Under the pieces are notes generated by a model that ran no database searches, was not told the DNA's origin, and worked only from the letters and a program-made list of their open reading frames with translations. Below are positions 1 to 15,825 of a stretch of 64,000 nt of DNA, one piece after another. Origin of the DNA: the human T2T-CHM13v2.0 reference genome, Homo sapiens; assembly GCF_009914755.1 (NCBI RefSeq), contig NC_060934.1, one strand, 5' to 3'. Numbering within the stretch: the first letter of the stretch is position 1; each line of letters begins with the position of its first letter. The translations under genes and the position numbers were made by a program.

Positions 1-416
1 GGCCAATTTTCAGTATGAAAATATAAAAAACTGTTCTTGGAGTTATTTCTAAACAGAACTAATGTCAGAATCATCTGAATCATCAGAATCATCTATTTCA
101 GAAAAATTGGATTCATCAAATGAATCTTCGGCCAACAAATTTGGAGAACAATATTAACATCACGTGTGATAATGCTATATTTTCTAGGATTTGACATTTT
201 CAGCAATCAAGAATTACTGTATTTTGTAAATGGAAATACCACTACTAAAGACAGAATGTTTATAAATAGAATGATGTCTTTTGTTTCCAAAGTCAATATA
301 CTAGAGTAATGCAAAAATAGTAAAAAGTAAGATATTTCTTGGCAAAGTTATCTCAGGGTAAATGCTGCAGCTGCCAGTGCCACTGGCGAGTAGTCTCACA
401 GGAAATGAGAAAAGGA
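1..416 (-). mobile_element. MER75 non-autonomous piggyBac-family DNA transposon (cut by window start)
   Basis: Reverse complement matches recalled MER75 consensus (…CAAAAGACATCATTCTATTTATA…ATGTCAAATCCTAGAAAA…GCCGAAGATTCATTTGATGAATCC…). Decayed TIR AAATGAGAAAAGGA (403-416) is followed directly by a TTAA target site (417-420). Confidence 0.88.
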
Positions 417-1339
417 TTAAATGTGCACCATTATGTTGAATTCACTCTGAATGAGGATGAAGGTGAGGACTGAGAGGAAGTTCATGAGCCAGGTGATAAC
501 ATGTTCAAAGACAAAAAAAAAAAAAGGAGTGATTAGAAACTTGGTAAGTGAGATATCCAAAAGGGGAAAGTGATACAAGGCGTGAATCACAATGAAATGA
601 AGATATTTATGAAATCATAAGAAAAATGCTTTAGGAGAAGTGTAGAAGAGTCATACCCACCTGTATGTGGGTATTTTTTTTGTATTTTTTTCCAAGTATT
701 TTGGGATTCTCTTGCCATATGCCAAATCTACTATTTCTTTAAGCCTATGTCAAATCCCCATTTCTCATAGAGTATTTCTGCTCTTTTTCATTCTACTCTG
801 GTTTCAGTTTCCTGATCCCCTAAAATGTTTATTTTATGTAATATGTGATTCAGCATTTCAAGGTATAAAGCTCGTCTCCTCCTGGTTATTTAATTTTGTC
901 TTTCCAAATAGGCTGCCAGCTCCATGAAAATAGCGATCTTAGTTTTTTTTTAATCCATTTATATCTCACAGTTTTTAGCAAAATGTAAAGCATATGTGTG
1001 GCATCATAAATTCAATACAATTACCAAATTTTCTTTTCTTAGAAAAAACCATCCCTGATTTTGAATGACCCACACCATTAGTTTGGACTATAAAGATGAT
1101 TCTGTAGGATTTCTCAAGGGAGTGTTGAATGACTAAAGACAATTATACTGGCCTATTAAAAACAAGCCTACCTTTATTCAACATAAGGGAAGAAACAGTC
1201 CCAAAGCAGGGCATTCACCAAGAGCAGAAGCCTGCTTTCCTCCAGATTTCTCTCCTTCCTAAATATCCTTCCCATTTCTGTTTGTATCTGATTATTTTTT
1301 TTTTTGGCCCACGGAAATGCACATAACAATGCCTTGACT

Positions 1340-3796
1340 TCAAATGTTACATTGAGTATATGAAAGTACATTTAAAAATGTATTAATCAACATTTGAAAA
1401 TCAATTAATGTAATCCATCATATCAACAAACTAAAGGTAAAAATCATTAATAAATTACTAAATGCAGAAAACGCATTGAGAAAATCCAGCATCCATTCAT
1501 GTGATAATTCTCAGGAAATTAGAATAGAGGGAGACTTCCTCAACCTGATAAAGAACATGTATCAAAAACCTAAGCTGACATACTTAGTAGTGAGATATTA
1601 GATGCTTTACTCCTAAGATCAGAAAAAAGGCAAAGATGTTCTTTTTCACCAATTCTATTAAACATTATACTTGAAGTCCTAAGTAATAAATGACAAAAGA
1701 AAATTAAAGATATACAATTGTGAAACAGGAAATAAAATTTTTTTCGCAGATGACATGATTATCTATAGAAAACTCAAAAATAAAAACAAAATTCGTCTAA
1801 CAAGTGGCCACAGTAACTTTGCAGGGTAAAAGTCCATATACACGAGTAAATTACTTTCCTATATATCAAGAGTTAGCAATTGGGTTTTGAAATTTAAAAT
1901 ACACCACCGGTTATGTTAGCATGAAAAATGAAATAGTTATAAGTCTAAGAAAATATAAGATTGATGGGGAAACCACAAAACTCTGAGTAAAAAAAAAAAA
2001 ATCAAGAAAGATCTAAATAGATGTTGAGATATTCCATGTTCATGAATAGGAAGACTCAACATTATTAAGATGCCAATTCTTCCCAACTTGATCTGTAGAT
2101 ACAAAACAATCTCAATCAAAGTCCCAGCAAATTATTTTGTGACTATCAACAATCAGAATCTAACAAAGTTGGAAGACTGATGTTTTTTAACTGCAAGACA
2201 TACTATAAAGCTATAGTAATCAAAGTCTTATGGTATGGGTGAAAGAATAGACAAATATATAAAGGGAATAGAATACTGTACACGGAAATAAGTTCACACA
2301 AATATAGTCAACTGATCTTCAGTTAACTATAGAACAAAGGCAATTAAACAGAGAAAGAGGATAGGTTTTTTTTAGCAAATAGTGCTATAACAACTGGAGA
2401 TCCACATGTGATAAAATGAATCTACACACAAACTTTATATTTTCACAAACATTAAGCTCAAATGGATCATAGACTTTAGTGTAATTCACAAAATATAAAA
2501 TTCTAAATCACACAGGAGAATATCTAAGTGACCTTGAATTTGACGATGAGATTTTATATGTAACACCAAAAACATGATCCATGAATAATTGATAATTTGG
2601 ACCTCATTAAAATTAAACTTCTGCTCTATGAAAGACATGCTTAAGGGAAATAAAAACAAGCCAGAGAGTGGGAGAAAATATTTACAAAACAATTATCTGA
2701 TAAGAGACTGACATTTAAACTCGACGTAAGAAAAAAAATACTACTTACAAAATGGAGAAAATATCTTAACAGAGACCTCACCGAAGAAGAGAAACAGATG
2801 AAAAAGAAGCACATGAAATGATGCTTCATGAAATATATTATTAGGGAAATTCAAATTAACACAGCAATGATATACCACTAAACAACTATTAACTACTAAT
2901 TTTAGAATGGCTAAAATTCAAAACACTGACAACGCAAAATGATGACAATGGTGCAAAACAACAGGAACCCTCATTTATTGCTTGTGGGAATGTATAATGT
3001 TACAGTCATTCTGGAAAACAATTTGGCAGCTTTCACAGAGCTAAACATAGGCTTATTAAATGATCCAGGAATCACAATCCTAGGTATTTTCCTGTATGAG
3101 TTGAAAACATGTTCACACAAAAACCTGTACGTGAATATTTGTAACAGTTTTATTCACAATTGCCAAAACTGGAAACAGTGAAGTTATCCTTTGCTAATTA
3201 AATTCAGAAGCAGGCTGGGCACGGTGGTTCATGCTTGTAATTCCAGCACTTTGGGAGGCTGAGGCAGGCAGATTGCTTGAGCCCAGGACTTCAAGGCCAG
3301 ACTGGGCAACACGATGAAACCCTATCTCTACAAAAAATAAAAAATTATCTGGGTGTGGTGGCACATGCCTGCAGTCCCAACTACTTGGGAGACTGAGGTA
3401 GGAGGATCACCCAAACCAGAAAATGTTGGGACTGCAGTAAGCCATGATTGTGCCACTGAACTCCAGCCTGGGTGACAGAGTGAGACCCTGTCTCAAAATA
3501 AATAACTAAATAAATTCACAAGCAAAATGAGATACATCTATAAAATTAAATACTGATAGTCAATAAAAACAAATGAGTTATTATATCAAGCCATAAAAAA
3601 ATAGAGGAACCTATGCAACTTGTGCTTTGCTAAATGAGAGAAGCCAGTCTGAAAAGGCTGCATACTATATAATTGCAATTAAATGACATTCTGGAAAATG
3701 TCATGAAAAGGCAAAAACTATAGAGACAGTTAAAAGATCAGTAATTGTCAGGAGTTCAAGGGAGAGAAAAGATGAATGAATGGTCACGAACATAGG
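1340..3796 (+). mobile_element. Old L1 (L1MC1-like), ORF2 3' half plus start of 3'UTR; left part of a split element
   Basis: Decayed ORF2 (TTCGCAGATGACATG, FADD motif near 1743) running into an L1MC-type 3'UTR. Its continuation resumes at ~14881. Confidence 0.8.
3213..3505 (+). mobile_element. AluJ-type SINE
   Basis: Dimeric Alu with J-type TTGAGCCCAGGA. 19-nt TSD CTAATTAAATTCAGAAGCA (3194-3212) / CTAAATAAATTCACAAGCA (3506-3524). Confidence 0.93.
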
Positions 3797-4307
3797 TTTT
3801 TTTATTTTAATATTTAATTTTGTGGGTACATAGTGAGAGTATATATTTGTGGGGTACATGAGATATTTTGATAAGGCATGCAATGCATAATAATCGCATC
3901 ATTGAAAATGTACTATTTCTTTCCTCAAGCTTTTATCCTTTGTGTTACAAATGATCCAATTATACTTCTTTAGTTATTTTAAAATATACACTTGAATTAT
4001 TGACTATAGTCATCCTGCTGTGCTATCAAATACTAGGTATTATTCATTCTTTCTTACTATTTTTTGTACCCGTTAACCATCCTCACATACCCCTAAACCC
4101 CCAGCTACCCTTCTAAGTCTCTGGTAACCATCCTTCTATTCTGTATGTCTATGAGTTCAATTGTTTTGATTTTGGGATAACACAAATAAGTGAGAACATG
4201 TGATGTTTGTTTTCTGTGTCTGGCTGATCTTACTTAACATAATGACCTCCAGTTCCATCCACATTATGCCAAATAATATGATCTCATTCTTGTTTGTGGC
4301 TGAATAG

Positions 4308-4960
<653 letters not shown>

Positions 4961-7900
4961 TATTGCCTGCCTTTTGACTCAGAGCCATTTAAACTGTGGT
5001 GAGATGATACCTCATTGTAGTTTTTAGTTGCATTTCTCTGATGATCAGTAATGTTGACCACCTTTTTATATACCTATTTCCCATTTGTGTATCTCCTTTT
5101 GAGAAATGTCTACTCAAATACTTTTCAGGTTATTTAATTGGATTATGAGATTTTTTTGCTATAGTTGTTTGAGCTCCTTATATATTCTGGTTATTAATCC
5201 CTTGTCAGATGGGTAGTTTGCAAATATTTTCTCCCACTTTGTAGGTTGTCTTTTCACTTTTCTGATTGTTTCCTTTGCTGTGCAAAAGCATTTTAACTTG
5301 AAGTGATTCCATTTGTCCGTTTTTGTTTTGATCGCCTGTGCTTGTGGGGTATTACTTAAGAAATCTTTGCTTAGACTACTGTTCTGGAGAGTTTCTCCAA
5401 TGTTTTCTTGCAGTAGTTTTATAGTTTGAGGTCTCAAATTTAAGTCTTTAATTTATTTTGATTTTATTTTTGTATGTGGTGAGAGACAGATATCTAGTTT
5501 CATTCCTCTGTAGATGAGTATGCAGTTTCCCAGTACCATTTATTGAAGAGACTGTCTTTTCTCCAATGTATATTCTTGGCACCTTTATCAAAAATAAATT
5601 TATTTTTGGCATGTGGATTTCTTTATGGGTTCTCCATTCTGTTACATTGGCCAATGTGTCTACTTTTATGCCAGTACCATGCTATTTTGATTACTATAGC
5701 TCTGTAGCATAATTTGATGTCAGGTAATGTGATTCCTCTAGTTTTGTTCTTTTGCTTAGGGTAGCTTTGTCTATTCTGGGTATTTTGTGGTTCCATATAA
5801 ATGTTAGGATGGTTTTTCCTATTTCTGTGAAGAATGTTATGAGTATTTTGACAGGGATTGCATTAAATCTGCATATTGTTTTGGTTAGTATGGACATTTT
5901 AACATTATTAAATCTTCTAATCCATGAACATGAAATATCTTTCCATTTTTTGTTGTCCTCTTCAATATCTTTCATCAGTGTTCTATAGTTTTCATTGTAC
6001 AGATCTTTTACCTCTTTGGTTAAGTTACTTCCTAGGTAATTAAGTTTATGCGTGGCTATTGTAAATGTGATTATTTTTTAAATTTATTATTCATTTTGTG
6101 CACTGTTGACATATAGAAATACTGCTGATTTTTGTATGTTGATTTTGTATCCTGCAACGTTACTGTATTAGTTTATTAGTTCCAATAGTTTTCTTGTGGA
6201 ATCCTCAGGTTTTTCTACATATAAGACCATACCATTGGCAAACAAGAATAATTTGACTTTTTCCTTTTCAATTTGGATGCCTTTTATTTCTTTCTCTTGT
6301 TTGATTGCTCTAGCTAGGACTTTCAGTACTATGTTGAATACCATTGGTTAATGGTCATTCTTGCTGTGTTCCAGATCTTAGAGGAAAGGCTTTCTGCTTT
6401 TCCCCATTCAGTATGATACTAGCTGTGGGCTAGCATACGGATTTAATTATGTTGGGGTATGTTCCTTTCATACTCATGTTTTTGAAAGTTTTTATTATGA
6501 AACTGTGTTGAATTATATCAAATGCTTTTTCAGCATCAATCAAAATGATTATATGGTTTATCGTTCATTATTTTGATATATCACATTGATTGATTTGCAT
6601 ATCATGAATCATCCTTGCATCCCAGGGATAAAGCCCACGTGGTCATGACAAAAAATATTTTTAACTTATTGTTGAATTCACTTTGGAATCATTTTGTTGA
6701 GATTTTTGATCAGTATTCATAAGAGAGATTGGCTTATAGTTTCTTTTTTTGATGTGTCTTTGTCTGGTTTTGGTCTCAGGGCAATACCGGCCTCATAGAA
6801 TGAGTTTCAAAGTATTTTCTCCTCTATTTTTTTGTATAGTTTGAGGACGATTGCTATTGGTTCTTCTGTAAATGTTTGGTAGAATTTAGCAGTAAAGCCA
6901 TTGAGCTCAGGGCTTTCCTTTGCTGGGAGCCTTTTTGTTATGGCTTCAATCTTGTTAATTGTTATGGTCTGTTCAGATTTTGTATTTTTTCATGGTTCAG
7001 TCTTGGGAGATTGTATGTGTCTCAGAATGTATCCATTTCTTCTAGATTTTCCAGTTTATTGGCATATAGTTGCTCATAGTAGCCACTAATGATCATTTGA
7101 ATTTCTTCAGTATTGTAATGTCTTTTTTTCATCTGATTTTATTTATTTGAATGTCTCTTTTTTTTCTTAGTCTGGCTAAAGGTTTGTCATTTTTGTTTAA
7201 CTTTAAAAAAACAACTTTTCATTTCATTGATCTTTGTATTGTTTTCTTCATTTAAAAATCATTTATTTGAGATGATCTTTATTTTTTTCTCTTATTTTGA
7301 GTGTAGTTTGCTCTTGCATTTCTAATTATTTAAGATGCATCCTCAAGTTATTTATTAGAAGTTTTTCTTTTTTGATATAGGCAGTTATAGCTATAAAATT
7401 GTTATTTGCTGAATCAATACTTGTATCATTATATAGTGACCTACTTTGTCTCTTTGTATAGTTTTTGTCTTAAAATCTGCTTTGTCTAATATAAATATAG
7501 CTGCTCCTGGTCATTTTTGATTTAAATTGATATGGAATATCTATTTCCATCTCTTCAGTTTGTTCCTTCAAGGCAACAGATAATTCAGTCTTTTTTTTTA
7601 AATCCATTCAGCCAGTCTATGTATTTTGATTGGAGATTTTACTCCATTTATATTTAATGTTATTATTGATAAGTAAGGACATACTCTTGCCATTTTGTTA
7701 TCTGTTGTTGGGTTGTTTTGTGGTCTTCTCTTCCTTTTTTTCTTTCCTTCCTGTCTTCTTTTTAGTGAAGGTAGTTTTCTCTGGTGGTATTAGTTTCTTG
7801 CTAATAATTTTTAGTTTATTCATTGTATATTTTTTGGTTTCAGGTTAGCAGGAGGCTTGCAAATACTATCTTATAACCCATTGTTTTAAGCTGATAAAAA

Positions 7901-7991
7901 CTTAACACTGTTTCTATAAACAAACAAATAAACCAAATGAAAACTAATAAAAACTCTATGCTTTAACTTCACCACCACCCCTACCTTTTAA

Positions 7992-8305
<314 letters not shown>

Positions 8306-8361
8306 TGTTTCTACTTATATCTTATTGTACTGTCTATGTCTTGTAAAGTGGTTGTAGTCAT

Positions 8362-11300
8362 TTTGTAACTTTTATTTTAGTTTTGGGGATACATGTGAAG
8401 GTTTGTTACATAAGCAAACTCATGTCACAGGGGTTTGTTGTACAGATTATTTCATCACCAAGAAATTAAGCCCAGCACCCAATAGTTACCTTTTCTTTTT
8501 CTCTCCCTCCTCCCACCCTCCACCCTCAAGTGGACTCCAATGTTTTTTGCTTCCTTTTTTGTATTTATAAATACTCATCATTTAGCTTTCACTTATAAGT
8601 GAGAACACGCAGTATTTAGTTTTCTGTTCCTGCCTTAGTTGGCTAAGGATAAGAGCCTCTAACTCCATCCATGTTCCCTCAAAAGACATAATCTCATCCT
8701 TTTTTATGGCTTCATAGTATTCCATGGTGTATACATACCACATTTTCTTTATTCAATTGGTTACTGATGGGCATTTAGGGTGATTCCATGTCTTTGCTAT
8801 TGTGAATAGTGCTGCAATGAACATTCACATGCTTATGTTTTTATGGTAGAATAATTTATGTTCCTCTGGCAATATACCTAGTAATGGGATTACTAGGTCT
8901 AATGGTAATTGCACTTTTAGCTCTTTGAGGAATCACCATACTGCTTTCAACAACAGTTGAATAATTTACACTTCCACCAACAGTGTATAAGCATTCTTTT
9001 CCTCCACAACCTTGCCACATCTTTTTTGTCTTTTAATAATAACCATTCTGACTGCTGTGAGATGGTGTTTCATTGTGGTTTTGATTTGCATTTCTCTATT
9101 GATCAGTGATATTGAGCTTTTTTAAATATGCTTTTTGGCCTCATATATGTCTTCTTTTGCAAAGTATCTGTTCATGTCCTTTGCACACTTTTTAATGGAG
9201 TTGTTTGTTTTTCTCTTGTAAATTTATTTTAATTACTTATATAATGCTGAATATTACACTTTTGTCAGATGCATAGTTTGCAGAATTTTTCTCCAATTCT
9301 ATAGGTTGTCTGTTTACTCTGTTGATAGTATATTTTGCTGTGTGCAGAAGCTCTTAAGTTTCATTAGATCCCACTTGAGAATTTTTGCTTTTGTTGCAAT
9401 TGCTTTTGGTCTTTGTCATTAAATCTTTGTCTGCTCCTATGTCCAGGATGGTATTACCTAGTTGTCCTCTAGAGTTTTTATAGTTTTGGGTTTTATATTT
9501 AAGTCTTTTATTCATCTTGAATTGATTTTTGTTTATAGTGAAAGAAAGGGGTCCAGCTTCAGTCTTCTGCATATGGCTAGCGAGTTATTTCAGCAATATT
9601 TATTAAATATGGAGTCTTTTTCCCATTTCTTGTTTTTGTCAGCTTTGTCAAAAATCAGGTGGTTGTAGGTGTGCAACCTTATTTCTGAGCTCTCTATTCT
9701 GTTTTATTGAAATCCAAAGCACTAAATGCCTACATTAAAAAATTAGAAAGATCTCAAGTTAACAATCTAACATTGCAATTGAAAGAATTACGGAAGGAAG
9801 GATGAATTGATCCCAAAGCTAGCAGAAGATAAGAAATAAAGTCAGAGCTGAACTGAAGGAAATGGAGACACACAAAAAAATCAAAAGATCAATAAATCCA
9901 AGAGTTGGTTTGTTGAAAAATTAATAAGATAGATAGGCCACTAGCGAGACTAATGGAGAAAAAAAGAGAGAAGATCCACATAAACACAATTAGAAATGAT
10001 GAAGGAAATTTTACCACTGACCCCACAGAAGTAAAGCTAACCATCATAAATACTATATTAACAACTCTATGCACACAAACTAGAAAACCTAGAAGAGATG
10101 GATAAATTTCTGGACACATACATCCTCCCAAGACTGAACCTGAAAGAAATTGATTTCCTGAACAGAACAATAATGAGCTCCAAAATTGAATCAGTAATAA
10201 ATAGCCTACCAACAAAAAGGAGCCTAGGACCTGATGGATTCACAGCCTAATTCTGTGAGATGTACAAAGAAGAGCTGGTACTATTCCTACTGAAACTATT
10301 CCAAAAAATTGAGGAAAAGGGACTCCTCCCTAACTAATTCTATGAGGCCAGCATCATCCTGATACCAAAACCTGTCAGAGACACAACAGAAAAAGAAAAC
10401 TTCAGGCCATATCTTTGATGAACATCTGTGCAAAAATCCTCAACAAAATACTTGCAAACTGATTTCAGCAGCACATCCAAAAGCTAATCCACCATGATCA
10501 AGGCTTCATCCTTGGGGTGCAAGGTTGGTTCAACCTCTGCAAATCAATAAATCAATTCATTATATAAGCAAAACTAAGGACAAAAACCACATGATTATCT
10601 CAATAGATGCAGAAAAGGCTTTTGATAAAATTCAACACTGCTTCATGTTAAAAACTCTCAACATACTAGGCATTGAATGAACATATCTCTGAATAATACC
10701 AGCCATCTATGACAAACCCGCAGCCAACATTATACTAAAGGGGCAAAATATGGAAGGATTCCCCTTGAAAACCAGCACAAGAAAAAGATACCCTCTCTCA
10801 CCCAGTCCTATCCAATATAGTATTGGAAGTCCTAGCCAGAGAAATTAGGCAAGAGAAAAAAGTAAGGGTCATCCAAATGAAAAGAGAAGTCAAACTATCT
10901 CTATTTGTAGGTGACATGATTCTATATCTAGAGAACCCCATAGTTTTGGCCCAAAGCTCCTTCAACTGATAAACAACTTCAGCAAAATTTCAGGATATAA
11001 CATCAAAGCACAAAAATCACTAGCATTCCTATACAGCAACAACAACCAAGCTGAGAGGCAAATCACGAACTCTCATTCAAACTTGCCACAAAAAGAATAA
11101 AATACCTAGGAATAAAGGTAACTGTGGAGGCAAATCTCTACAATAATAATTACTAAATACTGCACAAAGAAATTAGAGATGACACAAACAAATGGAAAAA
11201 TATCTCATGCTCATGGATAGGATGAATCAGTATCATTAAAATGGCCATACTGCCCACAGCAACTTACAGATTCAACGCTATTCCTATCAAACTACCAAGG

Positions 11301-11478
11301 ACATTCTTCACAGAACCAGAAAGAAACTATTTCAAAATTCATATGGAGCTAAAAGAGAGCCCGAATAGCCAAGCCTATCCTAAGCAAAAATCAAAGCTGG
11401 AAGCATCATGTTACCTGGCTTCAAACTATGCTACAGGGATACAATAACCAAAACAGCACGGTACTGTTACAAAAAAAA
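8362..11478 (-). mobile_element. 5'-inverted (twin-primed) L1PA13-16-like element: antisense 3' part 8362-9709, inverted sense ORF2 part 9710-11478
   Basis: Orientation switches at 9709/9710. The sense segment ends at GGTACTGTTACAAAAA and the antisense segment starts at the almost adjacent L1 position (CAATxxAACAGAATAGAGA). Confidence 0.85.
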
Positions 11479-11564
11479 GGATACTTTTTATTGTTTCATA
11501 ATTTAGTCTTTTTACTTAAAAGAAGAGTAGTTTATGCATCACAGTTACAGTTACAGTGTTATAA

Positions 11565-11920
<356 letters not shown>

Positions 11921-14880
11921 CAGATTACTTCTTATTGCATATTAACATCCTGTTTTTTTTTTTCTGGTGGAAGTACTCTCTTCAGCATTTCTTGTAGGAC
12001 AATTCTGGTGTTGATGAATCATTTTGTTTGTCTGGGAAAGTCTTTATTTCTCCTTCCTGTTCATTGGATATTTTCACTGCATATACCATTCTAGGGTAAA
12101 AAGTTTTTTTCTTCAACACTTTAAATATGTCATGCCACTCTCTCCTGGCCTATAAAGTTTCCATTGAACACTCTGTTGGTAGACATATTAGAGCTCCATT
12201 ATAGGTTATTTGTTTCTTTTCTCTTGCTGCTTTTAGGGTCCTTTCATTATCCTTGATCTTTGGGAGTTTGATTATTAAATAAATGCTTTGAGGTAGTCTT
12301 ATTTAGGCTAAATCTGCTTGTTGTTCTATAACCTTTTTATACTTGGATATTAATATTTTTCTCTAGGTTTGTGAAGTTTTCTGTTATTATCCTGCTGAAT
12401 AAGCTTTCTACCTCTCTTTCTCTACCTCCTATTTAAGGCCAATTGCTCATACATTTGCTCTGTTGTGGCTATTTTCTACATCCTGTAGGTGTGCTTATTG
12501 TTTGTTTTTATTTTTATTATTTTGTCTTCTCTGACTGTATTTTCAAATAGCCTCTGTTTAAGCTCACTAATTCTTTCTTCTGCTTGATTAATTCTGCTAT
12601 TAAAGGAGTCTGAACGCATTGTTCAGTATGCCAATTGCATTTTTCAGCTCCAAAATTTTTGCTAGACTCTTTTAATTATATCAATCTCTTTGTTAAATTT
12701 TCCTGTTAGAATTCTGAATTTCTTCTTTGTGTTTTCTTGAATGTCTTTGATTTTGCTCAAGAAAAAAAACAAAACAACAACAACAACAAAAACAAAAAAC
12801 ACTATTTTGAATTCCCTATCTGAAGGGTTACATATTTCTGTTTCCCCAGGATTGGTTCCTGATGCTTTATTTGGTTCATCTGCTGAGGTCATGTTTTCCT
12901 GGAATGTATTGAGACTTGTAAATGTTTGTCTATATATCAGCATTAGAGAGGTAGTTATTGTAGTCTTTATAGTCTGGGCTCGTTTGTTCTCATCCTTCCT
13001 GGGAAGGCTTTCCAGATATTTGAAAAGACTTGGGTGTTGTGATACAAGCTGTTTCTATTTTAGGGAGAACCCTAAGCCAATTAACACTCTGGTCCTTGCA
13101 GACTCATAGAGTTACCACCTTGATGGTCTTAGACAAGATCTCAATGAATTCCCTGGATTACCAGGCAGAGACTTTTGCTCTCTTCCCTTATTTTCTCCCA
13201 AACAAATGGAAAGAGACCCTCTTTTGGAGAAAGTAAGGGAACAGACCTGCTGGGGCTAGGGGTAGAGTGACACAAGCATCTCTGTGGCCACCACAACTAA
13301 GACTGTACTTGGTCACACCTGAACCTAGCGTTTCACCCAATGCCTACTATAACCACTCCCTGGCTACTGCCTATGTTTTCTCAAGTCCCTGGGGCTCTAC
13401 AATCAGAAGGTGGCAAAGCCAACCAGGTCTTTGTCTTTCTCTTCAGGGTGGTGAGTTCCCCCAAGGCCCCACATAGGTCCAGAAGTGATTTCCAGAACCC
13501 AGGGACTAGAGTCAAAAACCTTAGAAGTCTACCTCATGTTCTACTGTACTGTGGGAAGTGGCACTCATACCATAAGACACAATCTTTCCCACTCTTCCTT
13601 CTCCTTTCCAAAGGCAGAAGAGCCTCATCCTATGTCCATCACCACCACACAGGTATGGGGATTATTGGCAGACTACTGCCAATGTTCTTTTAAGGCCCAA
13701 GAGCTCTTCAGTCCACTTGTGGTGAATGCTGTCTGGCTTAGAACTCTCCCTCAGTGCAATGGGCTCCGCTATATCCCAGGGAAGGTTCATAAATGTCATC
13801 CAGGAGCTAAATCCTGGAACTGGGAACCTCAAGAGCCTACTTAGTTTTCCACGCTCTTGCAGCCAAGCTGGCACCTAAGGTGCAAGACAAACTCCCTTTA
13901 CTTTTCTCTCTACTCTTCTGAAGCAGAAGGAGTCTTGCCCCCTAGTCGCTACAGCTGGTAATGTACTGAGTGTCACCTGAAGCCAGCAAGTCTCAGAATT
14001 TCACCCAAGGCCCTGTAGTATCTGTGTATTGCTGCTGGCTATTTAGGGCCCAAGGACTCTTTGGTTAGAGGTGATGAATCCTGCCATGATTGGGTTCTTC
14101 CCTTCAAGGCATTGGGTTCCCTTTTGGCCCAGGGTATGTCTTGAAATGTCATCTAGGAGCTTAGACCTCGTAGGGGGGCCTTGCTACTCTGCCCAGTGCC
14201 CTATCCTGCTGTAGCTGAGCTGGTATCTGAGAAGTAAGAAAAAGTTCTCCCCTATCTTCCCTCTGCTTTCCTCAACTGGAAGGAATGGATTCTTTTTGGA
14301 GCTGAGAGCTATACAGCCTGGGGCTAGGAGAGGGGTGATTCTAGCACTCCCTTAGCCACCCCATTGGTGTCTCAGGAGGTACAGTCATTGTGGCTTAGAC
14401 TGCCATTCAAGTATATGAAGGGCCCCAGAGCACTTTAGCACAAGGTGGCGAGGCATGCATGAATTCAAGTTCCCACCACTGCTATCATCAGTGTTTCCCC
14501 TCTGGCTAGGGTTGGTTTGAAGGCTCCCTCCATGGGTGAGCATCAGCTGAGTTTGGTTCCATTTTCTTTTCTACTATAACAGGGCAATACCTCACAATCA
14601 CTGCACCCTCTCTCTTCCCAGCACACAGAAACACACTCCACGCCATGCTGCTGCTGTCAGGGGATGGAGGAGCAGTAGCACTGCCAACTCAAGACAGTTT
14701 ATCCTACCTCTTCAGTGCCTCTTTCAGGGACATTGAGTTAAAACCAGGTACCATGAGTGCTCACTTGATTTTTGGTTCTTATAAAGGTGCTTTTTTGTGT
14801 AGATAGTTATAAATTAGTGTCGTGGGAGGGGATGATTGGTGGAGCCTTCTATTCTGCCATCTTGCTCCCTAGTGTATTTT

Positions 14881-15215
14881 GGCACAGGGGTTTTTAGAAC
14901 AGTGACACTATTCTGCATGATGTTTTTCCTAGTGGATACATGACATTTATTTGTCAAATCCCACAGTAATGTACAACACAGAAAGTAAACCCTAATGTAA
15001 AGCATGAACTTTAGTGAATAATAATAATGTATTATTATTGTTTCATCAATTGTAACAAATGTACCACAGTCATGGAATATATAAATAATAGGGGAAACTG
15101 GCAGTGGGGGCAGCAGATGAGATGGGGGAGGACATATATGAGAATTCTCTGTACTTTCTGCTCAATTTTTCTGTCAACCTGAAACAGTTCTAAAAATAAA
15201 GTCTATCTTAAAAAG
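14881..15215 (+). mobile_element. L1MC1-like 3' end; right part of the element split at 3796
   Basis: AATGTACAACAC…AACCCTAATGTAAA…TTGTAACAAATGTACCAC…TCTGCTCAATTTT…AATAAAGTCTAT, typical of the L1MC 3' end. Confidence 0.8.
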
Positions 15216-15694
15216 AAAATGCCTTATCTTAAATGATCCTCTGACAATCTTTAGCAAATAAGCTTTATTATATCATATTACAGATGACAATACTGAACTG
15301 AAGCTCACATATTAGTAACAGAAGAAAAAAGGAACTTCTGATTTACACTGAGGTACCCATTTGAGCTATTATATCTCACCATCTAGTAAAAGATAAAAGC
15401 CTAATAGTATGTGGACAGGCATGTCCATAGACTCTAGAGCTGTTTTGTCCAATACAGTAATGACTAGACACATCTTTATGGCCTGCCCTAAGTTGTTGTC
15501 AGAATGTGGAGGTTAGAGAAGTCCCTTAGGAACATAATTGAGAGGAAGAATCTTATCATAGAAGAGACAAAAACAAAGAGAGAGGACACTAGCTACAAAA
15601 TTCTTAGGATTAAGGGCATTTGTAACTTTCCCACTGTGCTGTTTCTATTACCTTTTTAGTTGCAATATTTCTTAGGTCTGAAAATAACTTTAAT

Positions 15695-15825
15695 TAAATT
15701 TCTCTGCAGTACTTGTTAAAGATACAAATTCCTGGGCTCCCAATGAAGTACTAACAGTTTCATTCTCTATGGACAGATTCTAGGAACCTGTAATCTTAAC
15801 ATGTTCCTTAGGTAATTCCTTCAAA
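15695..15825. mobile_element. MER5-like hAT-Charlie fragment
   Basis: CTTGTTAAAGATACAAATTCCTGGGCTCCC…AGGAACCTGTAATCTTAACA…TAGGTAATTC resembles the MER5A core. Confidence 0.55.
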
